In this document: piece after piece, positions 37,564 through 48,950 of the stretch
Numbering within the stretch: the stretch's first letter is position 1
How the letters are laid out: each line of letters opens with the position of its first letter
NCBI RefSeq assembly: GCF_964194025.1
Contig: NW_027452515.1
Location: 1 to 64,000, forward strand
Source: Convolutriloba macropyga
Taxonomy: Eukaryota
Length of the DNA: 64,000 nucleotides
Reading direction: 5' to 3'
The notes under the pieces: model-generated
Database searches by the model: none
Told to the model about the DNA's origin: nothing
The model's input: the letters and a program-made list of their open reading frames with translations, nothing else
Translations under genes and position numbers: made by a program

Positions 37564-38963
37564 GTAAGTAAACAATTTTTTTTCTGAAAAAAATTTTGAT
37601 ATACATCATGCTAGATCTTGCAAGTCTCTTGCAAGATAAAAGTATCAATTGTAGCAATCCTGCAAGAGTAGGGAAAGGGAAAGCGCTTTTTGAATTTTTT
37701 AATCTGAATTATACAATTTTAATAATTGTTTTGACTACTACAATTTACTGATGAACACTAAGTGACAAATTGATGTTATAATAATAATAATATTTATCGG
37801 ATAAAAGTCCCTCAGTAACCGTTCGTGAATATTGCTTACTTTAAATGCCTATAATTGCTTCGGAATTTTAGAACTCGAGCTCGCGTGTCACCGTCACAAT
37901 TATTCACTATTCAAGTTTTAGACAAAATGCGGATAAATGTGACTAAAGAATGCCTTAAATGTCCGTTTAGGGCGAAAATTTCTAACAATGTACGATTGGC
38001 GACGTAATGTGATGATCACCCATTTATTTTTTTGGACAAAAAATTACTTAAATTAGCCGTTATGCTTAATTATTCGATTGTTTCCTTCCAAAAAGAATTG
38101 ATGTTCTTACCCCACTCGAGGAAACCAGTCGAAAAAGTTTTAAGAATTTATTTTAAGAAATTGCCACTGCCTATTGAAAAGGAGTTTCGTTTCTCATTAC
38201 TTAAGATCTTGAACGCACACGAACTGAAATATGCCACCTAGTTCACAGTTCTCAGTTTAATTATCAGGAGACGATGTCATGAAATTATCCGAAAATTCAA
38301 GAATTTCTGGAAAAACCGGTCGAAAACTTGCATTTCCTTGGCTGAAAAGCACTCATAAGCATTCATATCCTTACAGTACTTGTGAAAACGATAATTTATA
38401 AGTGGCATTTTGACATGTTGTTTATAACTTTTCAATTACAAACTAAGAGCTGTATTTTAGTAATGGATTATAATTTCAAAGGGACACTTTATTTTGATAA
38501 GATAAATGCGACTGCAACAAACTGAAGCCAGATTTGTCTCTAAAATTTGTAGTACTAAGGAGAGCCGGATTAAATGTTTATTAGGAGCAAATAAGGAACT
38601 GTAAACTCCAAACGTCAATATATTATCAGCGCAATACATATTATTTTTCTCATTTACGTGATAATCTATTTTCAAAGATCTGATCTTAATTTGTACTTTA
38701 AAGTCATATAAGTTGTTAACGTACAAGGCAACTCGGTAATGTGCAATTGCACATAAGGTTCCGACCCCGCTCATCCACAATTTTGGCATGATTGTCTACC
38801 AAATGACGAACATAGAAAAACCTAAAAAATCAAGTATTTTTTGGTGTATGAACAAAAAGATAGCCTCCAAAGCAAATAACTCAGTGGTGGAGTGAAAAAT
38901 GGTGCATTAGATTGATGAGATGTGCAAATAATCGGAAAGCGAGTCAAGACGAACAGTAATATC

Positions 38964-38964
<1 letters not shown>

Positions 38965-38999
<35 letters not shown>
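38965..38999. repeat. (AAC)n microsatellite
   Basis: Seen directly. Confidence 0.98.
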
Positions 39000-41510
39000 A
39001 AATTAATTACATCAAAAATTTCATGTCCGTTTTAAAAAACAAAACTTAATAACAAAGTCAAAATAGCGTCAGATAAAATTGATATTAAACAAAAACACTT
39101 TTAATTCACCAGAAAAGATATGGGACTACTCAATAAAAAGGCTTGGTAACAATTAGACAATAAGGAACAAAAACAGTAAAGTTGTAAAATTCGCTTAATT
39201 TTTAAAACAATTAATTTCAAAGTAATGAAAACCATTAGAGATCAACTAAAATATCTCTTAGGTGTAACCTTAACAATTCTTTCATGCAAGGAATTAAGAA
39301 CTGCGAGTATTCAATTTTTTATGCGTATAAAAAAGAACAACAAAAAGAACAAACCAAAAATTCAATTGAAACTTGGCAGGTAACGCTTTCAAAGCCATAA
39401 AGCCATACTATGGCAATCAAAATATGTTCGATTGCACATTTTGCGAGCACCAATAATGTACTATGTAAGCTCTCGTTAATGAAGCTAGGTAGAAAATAGA
39501 TAAAAATAAAAAAAAAGTGCAAAATTTTAAACACTTTAAAATTTTTTTCGAGAAAAAAATTTCCAAAGACATGAAAGCCATTAATTACAAAATGAAATAA
39601 TTAAATAGGTCCCTTTTTTCTTCCAAAGCAAGCCCTTGAGATTTGAAATTACCCAGAATAAATCTTATGTCCACAAAAAGAACTTCAAACATGACAAAAA
39701 ACAAAAATTAGTTTACTTTTTTTCCTTTGTCGAAGCCAGGAAAGTCAACCATTTCTTTAAAAATATTAGATTATGTGACACCAATCCCTCTTGAAACCTT
39801 CTTTTGACAACAATAATGCCATATTTGGCTCGTAATAAACGAGACTAGATAACAAACAGACAATAAAAGGAGCAAAATTGCGAAGTTACAAAGTGTCTTT
39901 TTTTATTTTAAAAAACAATTGTTTTCAGAGTCAAGCTAGCCATCAGCCATCTACTAAAATCAGAATATCGGAACATCTATTCGTCCATGAAAAGCCAATA
40001 AAACTGGCCTATTGTTGTGGAATTTTTATACGTCTAAAAAGACAAAGTAAAAAAGACAGCTGAAGATAAAATTTAAAAAATCAAATAAATTCTTCGAGAA
40101 AGTAGTGTCGAAGCCGCTAAAATCATAATCTATATCTTCCAGGGTTTTAATATTGTCAATTATGCCTGATTTTGAAAACCAATATTGTAATATATTAACC
40201 GTCAAAAACGTGATAATGTGACAAAACTAGACAACGAGAAAAATGGGCAAATACCTAAAAATTTTTTTTTAAAAAATGTGAAATCTGGTAATATTAAATA
40301 CAGAAAACCATAAATTAAGGCGTAAAACCGCAATAAAGGTTGAATTTGATTTCAATAGAAGGAAAAAGCAGTCTTTCAATGCTGACAATAAGCTACAAGT
40401 TGACAAAATTAAGAGAAAAATAGAGGCAAAGTTCTATAAGTCATTACTTTTTTAAAAGTCCAATAATTTTAAAAGTCAAAACAACCATGAGCTTTCAAGT
40501 AATCAACTAGATACAACAATCTGGAGATATTTAGGAATCCAATTGGACCAATCATTAGTGAGCTTTGTTTTGAAATGTTCTGTCATTTAATTAATGTAGA
40601 AAAGTTCGATTTTTTTTAATAAAAAAGACCGGCTGATTACAATCCGAATCATTTTTATACTAGTCCACGATTGGTCCAAAACTAGCCCTGCTAATGCTGT
40701 TTGCCCATTAGGAACACTTAATTATTCGAGTGTTCTAGATATTGAGATTTAGTTAGTTAAAAACACAAAAATAGATGCTGCGTTTTTGATAATCAACGAA
40801 TAAAATTAGCAATAAACGGCAACGCAGAGCACTCTCAACGGAATTTGAAGAAGAAAATCCCCATTTTGAGTCTAAAAAGATTGTGTTAGTGGTGGTTGGG
40901 TCTGTACTTGGTGTAAATTTAATCAAACTGGACGAAAAAAATTTATTTCGTGCTGTTTTTGATGGAAAAGTCTGAATTTTGAAACATTTAGCCAGATTCT
41001 TTTGACAAAAAAAAAATAACAAAATAGCCTACAATGTAGTTTTTTGTCTTTACAAATTAAAATCAACAACACTTTTTGAAGAAAATAACAAATTTTATCA
41101 AAATTGGTCAAGTTTTATTTAAAAATTCCGGAAAATGTGAATAAAATCTCACCGGAATTCACTCTATTTTCTCAAAATTTAAACCTCGATGACTCCCTGT
41201 AAAAAACGAAATTAAAAAAAATCTTTTTATTTCTATATTCTGCGCTGGACAAGCTTTCTAATGATAGCAGTCTCAACTCTGTACGATGAATATCTCGATC
41301 GGCCAAAATTGACTGAACAAAAAAAACCTATTTGAGTATATAGTTCCTTCCCCCTCAAGAGGGGTCGGAACAATAAATTGTTTTGTAAGATTTCATCAAC
41401 TTTTAAGCTCTTATAAGAAATAATTTATTAAACTCGCTGCCTTAAAGGGTTTTTCTGGTAATGTTTTATTTGACAATCTTTTGACTGAGGAGAAAGCATC
41501 ACTATGAGTA

Positions 41511-41748
41511 AGGGTAAAAGTACGGATCCAGCGCAGCTCTTTGAAAATTTGAAAGTGAAAAAAAAATCAATTTTCCACCTTTTTGTTTAAATAATAATTT
41601 AAAAAGCGTTCAGAAAAAAGTAGAAAAATAAGCTATTTTTTCAAGAGATTACAAAATGGTGAAAATTGACAGTTTTTTTTCCATTAACAAACTGTTTTTT
41701 CCACTTTTGTCTTTCGAAAGTAGTGCGCTCCATCCGTACCTTTTCCAT
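41511..41748. mobile_element. MITE-like element with ~35-bp imperfect TIRs
   Basis: aaaagtacggatccagcgcagctctttgaaa versus the reverse complement of tttcgaaagtagtgcgctccatccgtaccttt. Confidence 0.55.
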
Positions 41749-42041
41749 TATTACTAGATTACCCATAGTGAAGTCAATAGGCTTCTCATTCGCTTTTGTC
41801 TAATCTCCACAAATACTAAGGAAAATATTTTGTTAACATATTAGCAAGAGAAGCCATGTGTTAGGCAAGTTTGGTTTTGTTAACTAAATAAATTACGAGC
41901 CAGCGCCACTATCCTAAATTAACATTGCGCAAATTTTTGGAACATCGCGGCAAAAAACAAAGATGTATAAATACCCATCAATATAATCGTTGCTTTGCCA
42001 CCATATCCTAAACGGTTCGATGACAATATACCCAATGCCAT

Positions 42042-43623
42042 TATAGAATCTGAATATTTAGGGTGGAGGTTTAACCCTATTCCCAATTCCACAATTGTTC
42101 TTAGAATCTATCTTTAGAGAAAACTACTGGACTGGATAGTAACTTCACTCCTACTCTTACCTACTACTCTTAACTAGACTAAAGGGTTATACCAGGCCCT
42201 CCGTTCAAGTCCTAAAGAAAGTATTTTCAGGCGCTATAGAACTGTAGTCAATTGCCAATAATAATGATGATATTAGAATATGATTGTAATGCCTCTCTAT
42301 GTTGTATGATATTTTCGCTTCTAAGAAGTGTTTTACCAAATGAAATAAATTGGTGACTCTAAGATTGAGAATTATACTAAATTATTAATCGATCAACCAA
42401 TATACATAAAACAAATAGTAGATGAAGTGAAGAGCTCGTCGGTGTTCACTCCACAACCCAACCAGACGAGTGTTTACTAACTCGATAGAACGTTAAGACA
42501 TTGCCCATCAGGTACTTCAGGTTACTGCAGACCGTTTTAATTGTCCACTTGGTTCACCATTCCATACTACATGGGTTAACTTAACTTGCAGGCCTACCCT
42601 CAGAGTGGCTTCACTATGCTGTCTCCTAGAAAGAGCTTGGCCGATTATTACTCTCAAAAATCAATCGTCTTCATGTTGTCAGGGATTGGATGCTGTCCGC
42701 CAGTTCGTTAACCTAACTTAACCTAATTATTGATTGGTTGATCACTAGTCACCAAACTAATTTAAATCCAATAAACTGAAGCTAGATTGAGTATGATTTC
42801 AGATCCTTAGAGATGTATTGTGAAATTACTAAAGTTGTACAATTACACTTTTGATTTACAGAAAACCGAGAAAAACGATTAAGTTTTACCCAATCTTAAT
42901 TACTACAAGGCTATGCTTCCTTCAGAACAACTAGTTACAAATGCCTATGAGTGCCAAGTATCGAAGCGTTTAGCAAATACCTAAGAGATACCAATTTAAG
43001 CTCTACTAAGTTACAAAAAAAGGTCTAAAAAGAGAAAGTAGTGGAAAATTTTCTAAGTTAATTTAACGAAAAGTATAGTTACCAGAGTATACTAGTTCAA
43101 ACAATTATTACAATTTTCAGTTCCACGACAGAGATCTGTTAACTCACTCGTCTAATAAAATTTACTCCGCAATTTGGATTATCACGACAATATAATTATT
43201 TTCAGACTGCTTTTGGTTACAAAAATTGGCTAAAATTGAGCCGTATATATACTGCTTATCTATGTTTGGTTATGATAGTTTAGTCCTATTTTTACCAAAT
43301 ATTCCGAATTTTTTTGTGAAGAATACCTTTTTGGGAAAAAATTTTCAGAAGTTCATTCAAGACGTTAATAACCTAGGCCCCTAATTTGGGTTTCTAATCC
43401 AATATTACGTGGGTGAGAATTTTGACGTTCAATCTATGATATAATCTTTATCAGAGTCCATATTTACCTATTCAACCGTTCTCATCAGTTTAAATTTTTT
43501 CACCATTAATATCTTTGTACAGTTTCAATTTTAGAATTCGCTTTTGTGTTGGGAATAATTCAAGGTCAGTATTAATTTGGTTCTTTTCCGAAAAACGCAT
43601 AAGTTTAACTTTCCATTCCTACA
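42042..43623 (-). repeat. 3' LTR of Gypsy element (1582 bp)
   Basis: Near-identical to 54171-55767 apart from scattered substitutions and one ~16-bp indel. Confidence 0.95.
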
Positions 43624-43635
43624 TCCCACCCATCC
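43624..43635 (-). promoter_or_regulatory. Polypurine tract (ggatgggtggga on minus strand)
   Basis: Abuts the TG start of the 3' LTR. Confidence 0.75.
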
Positions 43636-43665
43636 GGACTAAACTATTCTCCTGAATAGTACAAA

Positions 43666-45789
43666 TTAGTATAACGTAAAAATATATAAAAGCACTAACA
43701 CCATATGTTGGTACGACAGTTTTTTTAGATCAGCGTTTGTCTCCTCATCGCGCATTCTCTCAACTAAGTTTAGTCTCTCTTCAAACTGCATGTGAGTTCC
43801 CATATCTAGTTGATCATCGTTGGACAAACTGCGAATACGTTTTGTAGTATTTTTGGACTTGTAACACTTCTTCGCTGCCCAGACAGCCAAAGGACAAATG
43901 CAAGACACCATAAGGAGAAACCAAGCAGACCAGCCAGTTCTTTAATTGTATGCAGTGTTGACCCATGACGAAAGGATTTGAAGTTGGTTTCCTCAGAAAT
44001 TCGTTGATGGATTTTGTCTACCAGGCGTGACATCAAACGTAGCGACATCCTTGAATGCCGATCTGATCTTATGCAACATCAAATTCTGACTCTCTTCCGT
44101 AGGAGTGATCACTGGAATGCTCGGGATGTTGAAAGCGGTATCCAGTAGTTCGGGAGTTGTGATTGTAGTTAATAGTCCACAGTGTTGAAGACAATATGCT
44201 GGATTGGGCAACATGACTAGTCCATTATTCGGGTGAACCAGTTTTCCATCGCAGGGGGGATGTACTAGGCAACTTTTACAGGCTGGTACACAGTTGAAAA
44301 CTTTCTGCCCCCACTGTACGTTATGTTATAAAGAAATTGTTGATCGTCTGCCGCGTTGAGAAGGTACATAGACTTCCCAAGGTAGATTGCTGTCGGTAAA
44401 ATTGGCAATTCGGTTACTTCTCGTGTGCAAGTCTTCAAAGCAGCTACCTTGTGATTGTATAGGAGTGAAGTCAAGCAGAGTTCATCTTGCGCGCTCACCA
44501 ACGCTACTGGCTTGGTGCAAAGTATCAGCAATTGTGTCCTCAAACAAGACAGATATTCCTCACTCTTCATTTCGGCATGATTATCTTCTCACCTTGATAC
44601 GATCAAATAGTTCCTTTCTAATTTTAGAGTTGCGGCCGTCGTTGTGTTCTTGATTGGTTGTGGCAGAGGGATTGCTTTGTAGGCATCGTGAATTGGTTCA
44701 CCACTGTATACTGGCACCTCCATTGTGATTAACAGTCCGTGTGGAGTGGAAGAAACCTTTCTCACTAAGGGCAGGCTGTAAAGTAAACTTGAGTGGTCGT
44801 ATGGTATAGAATACTTTTTTTATCTCCCAGCTTCTTCAGAGTTTTAATTATTTTCCGTAAATCCTCGTAGGGTACTAGTGCGGCTGGCAGTATTCCCTTG
44901 GATAGCAATCCAAGGCTTGTAATAAATATGTATCTCTGTTCCGTCAAATATAGTGTTTGTAGTTGCAACTCGTTGTGCATAGCATCGAGAGTCCATGATA
45001 CGTGGTTAAATGCACTTTGGGCGCAAAAGGCATACATAAAAACATCAGAACTTCGATGATCACAGGCTTGGGCTTGTTCTATTTCTTCCATTGTTTTTTG
45101 AAGCACCTCCAGGTTTGTTTGCAGAATCTCAAGGCTATTCTCTGAGCAGTTTAACACTTTTCGTGTGTCTTCATGAAGCTTCAAACTACTGCTGGCCATT
45201 ACCTGAATAGTCTATGTGTCTTCGTTGTGCAGGTGAACCATTCTTGATTCCAAATAGTGCAATCGTCCTTCCAATTGTTCCATCTTTCGCACAGACCAAA
45301 AATTGAGAGTAGTCTACAGCCTGCCAGTAAGGATTCTAAAGTTAACGCCGTCGCAGCTCCGATTGCAAACAGCAGTGGTGATCGTCTCTGTCGCTGAAGA
45401 GTGATAGTATGGTTTACAAAAGATGCTACTTCTTTGACAAGCTTTGTCCTCCTCTCTTTCTCCGCTCTTTCGTATTCTATCTGAATAGATGAGATTATTC
45501 CGTCAAAGTAGTGCTGTAATAGTGCGCTTATTTCTGGGTTGTTGCAAAACTGGGAGCGCTTGCATGTTTTTTGTTCCAATTGCTGAAGTATTGTAGAGAA
45601 TTTATAAATTGGTCGGAGATCCACGTTCAACAGCTTTGGAAGTGTGCCTGCGATATCCACAGTAAGATATGAGTCGGCCAATGAAACTGGAGTTTGAGGT
45701 TGGAAGAGAACATGCGCAGTAGTTCGTGCAATCTCCGCTGTTTGCTGTCGCCCCGCAAGTTTTAATGTAAATATCATAAAGTTGTACAT
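43666..45789 (-). pseudogene. env: env/F-like class I fusion glycoprotein, complete copy (copy 3), frameshifted
   Basis: Furin site RQRR followed by hydrophobic SPLLFAIGAATALTLESLLAG, heptad-like helix, LSKGILPAALVPYEDL, Cys-rich region, C-terminal TM-like LAGLLGFSL/MVSCICPLAVWAA and a basic tail; located between pol and the 3' LTR. Confidence 0.85.
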
Positions 45790-45925
45790 CTAAACATTAT
45801 TATGGTTAATTACTGCGCTAAACCTAGATAGCATTTTTTCTGTATTATAAAGAGTGCTACATTCTCTAATAATTCCCCCCTAAAGCAATGGAGTTTACTG
45901 TTTTGTCAGTTTTGGTTCCCAAAAG

Positions 45926-47268
45926 ACAGATATTCATCACTCTTCATTTAGGCACAACTTTCTTCTCGCCTTGATACGATCAAATAGTTCCTTTCTAATT
46001 TTAGAGTTGCGGACGTCGTTGTGTTCTTGATTGGTTGTGGCAGAGGGATTGTTTTGTAGGCATCGTGAATTGGTTCACCACTGTATACTGGCACCTCCAT
46101 TTTGATTCACAGTCCGTGTGGAGTGGAAGAAACATTTCTCACTAAGGGCAGGCTGTAAAGTAAACATGAGTGATCGTATGGTATAGAACACTTTTTTATC
46201 TCCCAGCTTCTTCAGAGTTTTAGTTATTTTTCGTAAATCCTCGTAGGGTACTAGTGCGGCTGGCAGTATTCCCTTGGATAGCACTCCAATGCTTGTAATA
46301 AATATGTTTCTCTGTTCCGTCAAATATAGTGTTTGTACTTGCAACTCGATGTGCATAGCATTGAGAGTCCAAGATACGTTGTTAATTGCACTTTGGGTGC
46401 GAGAGGCATACATAAAAACATCAGACCTTCAATGATCACAGGCTTGGGCTTGTTCTATATCTTCCATTGTTTTTTGAAGCACCTCCAGGTTTGTTTGCAG
46501 AATCTCAAAGTTATCCTCTGAGTAGTTTAGCACTTTGCGTGTGTCTTCATGAAGCTTCAAACTACTGCTGGTCATGACCTGAATAGACTCTGTGTCTTCG
46601 TAGTGCAGGTGAACCATTCTTGATTCCAAATAGTGCAATCGTCCTTCCAATTGTTCCATCTTTCGCTTAGAACTTTCGCACAGACCAAAAATTGAGAGTA
46701 GTCTACAGCCTGCCAGTAAGGATTCTAAAGTTATCGCCGTCGCAGCTCCAATTGCAAACAGCAGTGGTGATCGTCTCTGTCGCTGAAGAGTGATAGTCTG
46801 GTTTAAAAATGATGCCACTTCTTTGACAAGCTGTGTCCTCCTCTCGTTCTCCGCTCTTTCGTATTCTATCTGAATAGATGAGATTATTCCGTCAAAGTTG
46901 TGCTGTAATAGTGGGCTTATTTCAGGGTTGTTGAAAACTGGGAGCTCTTCCATGTTTTTTGTTCCAATTGCTGAAGTATTGTAGAGAATTTATAATTTGG
47001 TCGGAGATCCACGTTCAACAGCTTTGGAAGTGTGCCTGCGATATCCACAGTCAGATATGAGTCGGCCAATAAAACTGGAGTTTGAGGTTGGAAGAGAACA
47101 TGCGCAGTAGTTCGTGCAATCTCCGCTGTTTGCTGTCGCCCCGCAAGTTTTAATATAAATATCATAAAGTTGTACATCTAAACATTATTATGGTTAATTA
47201 CTGCGCTAAACCTAGATAGCATTTTTTCTGTATTATAAAGAGTGCTACATTCTCTAATAATTCCCCCC
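45926..47268 (-). pseudogene. env: env 5'-part duplicate (copy 2; chimeric, no TM)
   Basis: Tandem repeat with 1388-bp period; ORF pieces 46917-47177, 46429-46953 and 46075-46413. Confidence 0.9.
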
Positions 47269-47313
47269 TAAAGCGATGGAGTTTACTGTTTTGTCAGTTT
47301 TGGTTCCCAAAAG

Positions 47314-48656
47314 ACAGATATTCCTCACTCTTCATTTAGGCACAACTTTCTTCTCGCCTTGATACGATCAAATAGTTCCTTTCTAATTTTAGAGTTGCGG
47401 ACGTCGTTGTGTTCTTGATTGGTTGTGGCAGAGGGATTGCTTTGTAGGCATAGTGAATTGGTTCACCACTGTATACTGGCACCTCCATTTTGATTAACAG
47501 TCCGTGTGGAGTGGAAGAAACAATTCTCACTAAGGGCAGGCTGTAAAGTAAACATGAGTGGTCGTATGGTATAGAACACTTTTTTATCTCCCAGCTTCTT
47601 CAGAGTTTTAATTATTTTCCGTAAATCCTCGTAGGGTACTAGTGCGGCTGGCAGTATTCCCTTGGATAGCACTCCAATGCTTGTAATAAATATGTTTCTC
47701 TGTTCCGTCAAATATAGTGTTTGTACTTGCAACTCGATGTGCATAGCATTGAGAGTCCAAGATACGTTGTTAATTGCATATTGGTTGCGAGAAGCATACA
47801 TAAAAACATCAGACCTTCGATGATCACAGGCTCGGGCTTGTTCTATATCTTCCATTGTTTTTTGAAGCACCTCCAGGTTTGTTTGCAGAATCTCAAAGTT
47901 ATCCTCTGAGTAGTTTAGCACTTTGCGTGTGTCTTCATGAAGCTTCAAACTACTGCTGGCCATGACCTGAATAGACTCTGTGTCTTCGTAGTGCAGGTGA
48001 ACCATTCTTGATTCCAAATAGTGCAATCGTTTTTGCAATTGTTCCATCTTTCGCTTAGAACTTTCGCACAGACCGAAAATTGAGAGTAGTCTACAGCCTG
48101 CCAGTAAGGATTCTAAAGTTATTGCCGTCGCAGCTCCAATTGCAAACAGCAGTGGTGATCGTCTCTGTCGCTGAAGAGTGATAGTCTGGTTTAAAAAAGA
48201 TGCTACTTCTTTGACAAGCTTTGTCCTCCTCTCGTTTTCCGCTCTTTCGTATTCTATCTGAATAGATGAGATTATTCCGTCAAAGTTGTGCTGTAATAGT
48301 GGGCTTATTTCAGGGATGTTGAAAAACTGGGAGCTCTTGCATGTTTTTTGTTCCAATTGCTGAAGTATTGTAGAGAATTTATAAATTGGTTGAGATCCAC
48401 GTTCAACAGCTTTGGAAGTGTGCCTGCGATATCCACAGTAAGATATGAGTCGGCCAATGAAACTGGAGTTTGAGGTTGAAAGAGAACATGCGCAGTAGTT
48501 CTTGCACTCTCCGCTGTTTGCTGTCGCCTCGCAAGTTTTAATATAAATATCAGACAGTTGTACATCTAAAAATTATTATGGTTAATTACTGCGCTAAACC
48601 TAGATAGCATTTTTTCTGTATTTTAAAGAGTGCTACATTCTCTAATAATTCCCCCC
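47314..48656 (-). pseudogene. env: env 5'-part duplicate (copy 1; no TM)
   Basis: ORF pieces 48305-48565, 47463-48356 and 47336-47530. Confidence 0.9.
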
Positions 48657-48878
48657 AAATTCGCTGAAATTTATTTGAGCTAATTAGCTCTTTTCATAAT
48701 ACCGGTGATATTTTAACTTGCAAGATTATTTTTTCAATGGTGCAATTTAAATATGTTTTACGATTGTCCCCATCTTTAATAACAATTTCGGCTCATCTCT
48801 CTAGCTCTACAATTTTTTAGGCAATGCCATATAGAGAAACTTAATCAGGTACCTTTTTTATGTTTTTTTATTTTTAAA

Positions 48879-48942
<64 letters not shown>
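48879..48942. repeat. Compound (CA)n(TA)n microsatellite between the pol stop and env
   Basis: Seen directly, ~10 bp beyond the pol stop codon at 48951. Confidence 0.97.
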
Positions 48943-48944
<2 letters not shown>

Positions 48945-48950
48945 TTCTTT

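Noticed and set aside
38457-38789. 110-aa minus ORF with faint resemblance to a ubiquitin-protease-like or TE accessory protein
   Set aside because: No catalytic motifs or splice support; too weak to call.
679-41111. Most short ORF-track entries in AT-rich regions and antisense ORFs inside the retrotransposons
   Set aside because: Compositional or shadow ORFs with no motifs or splice support.
43460-43495. Hammerhead ribozyme core (CUGAUGA) in the Gypsy LTR; similar motifs at ~23380 and ~37748
   Set aside because: No correctly placed GAAA with a closing stem II, and no stems I and III.
44810-44825. Programmed frameshift at the A-run in env (broken in all three copies)
   Set aside because: Run length differs between copies (6 versus 7); homopolymer slippage or sequencing error is sufficient.
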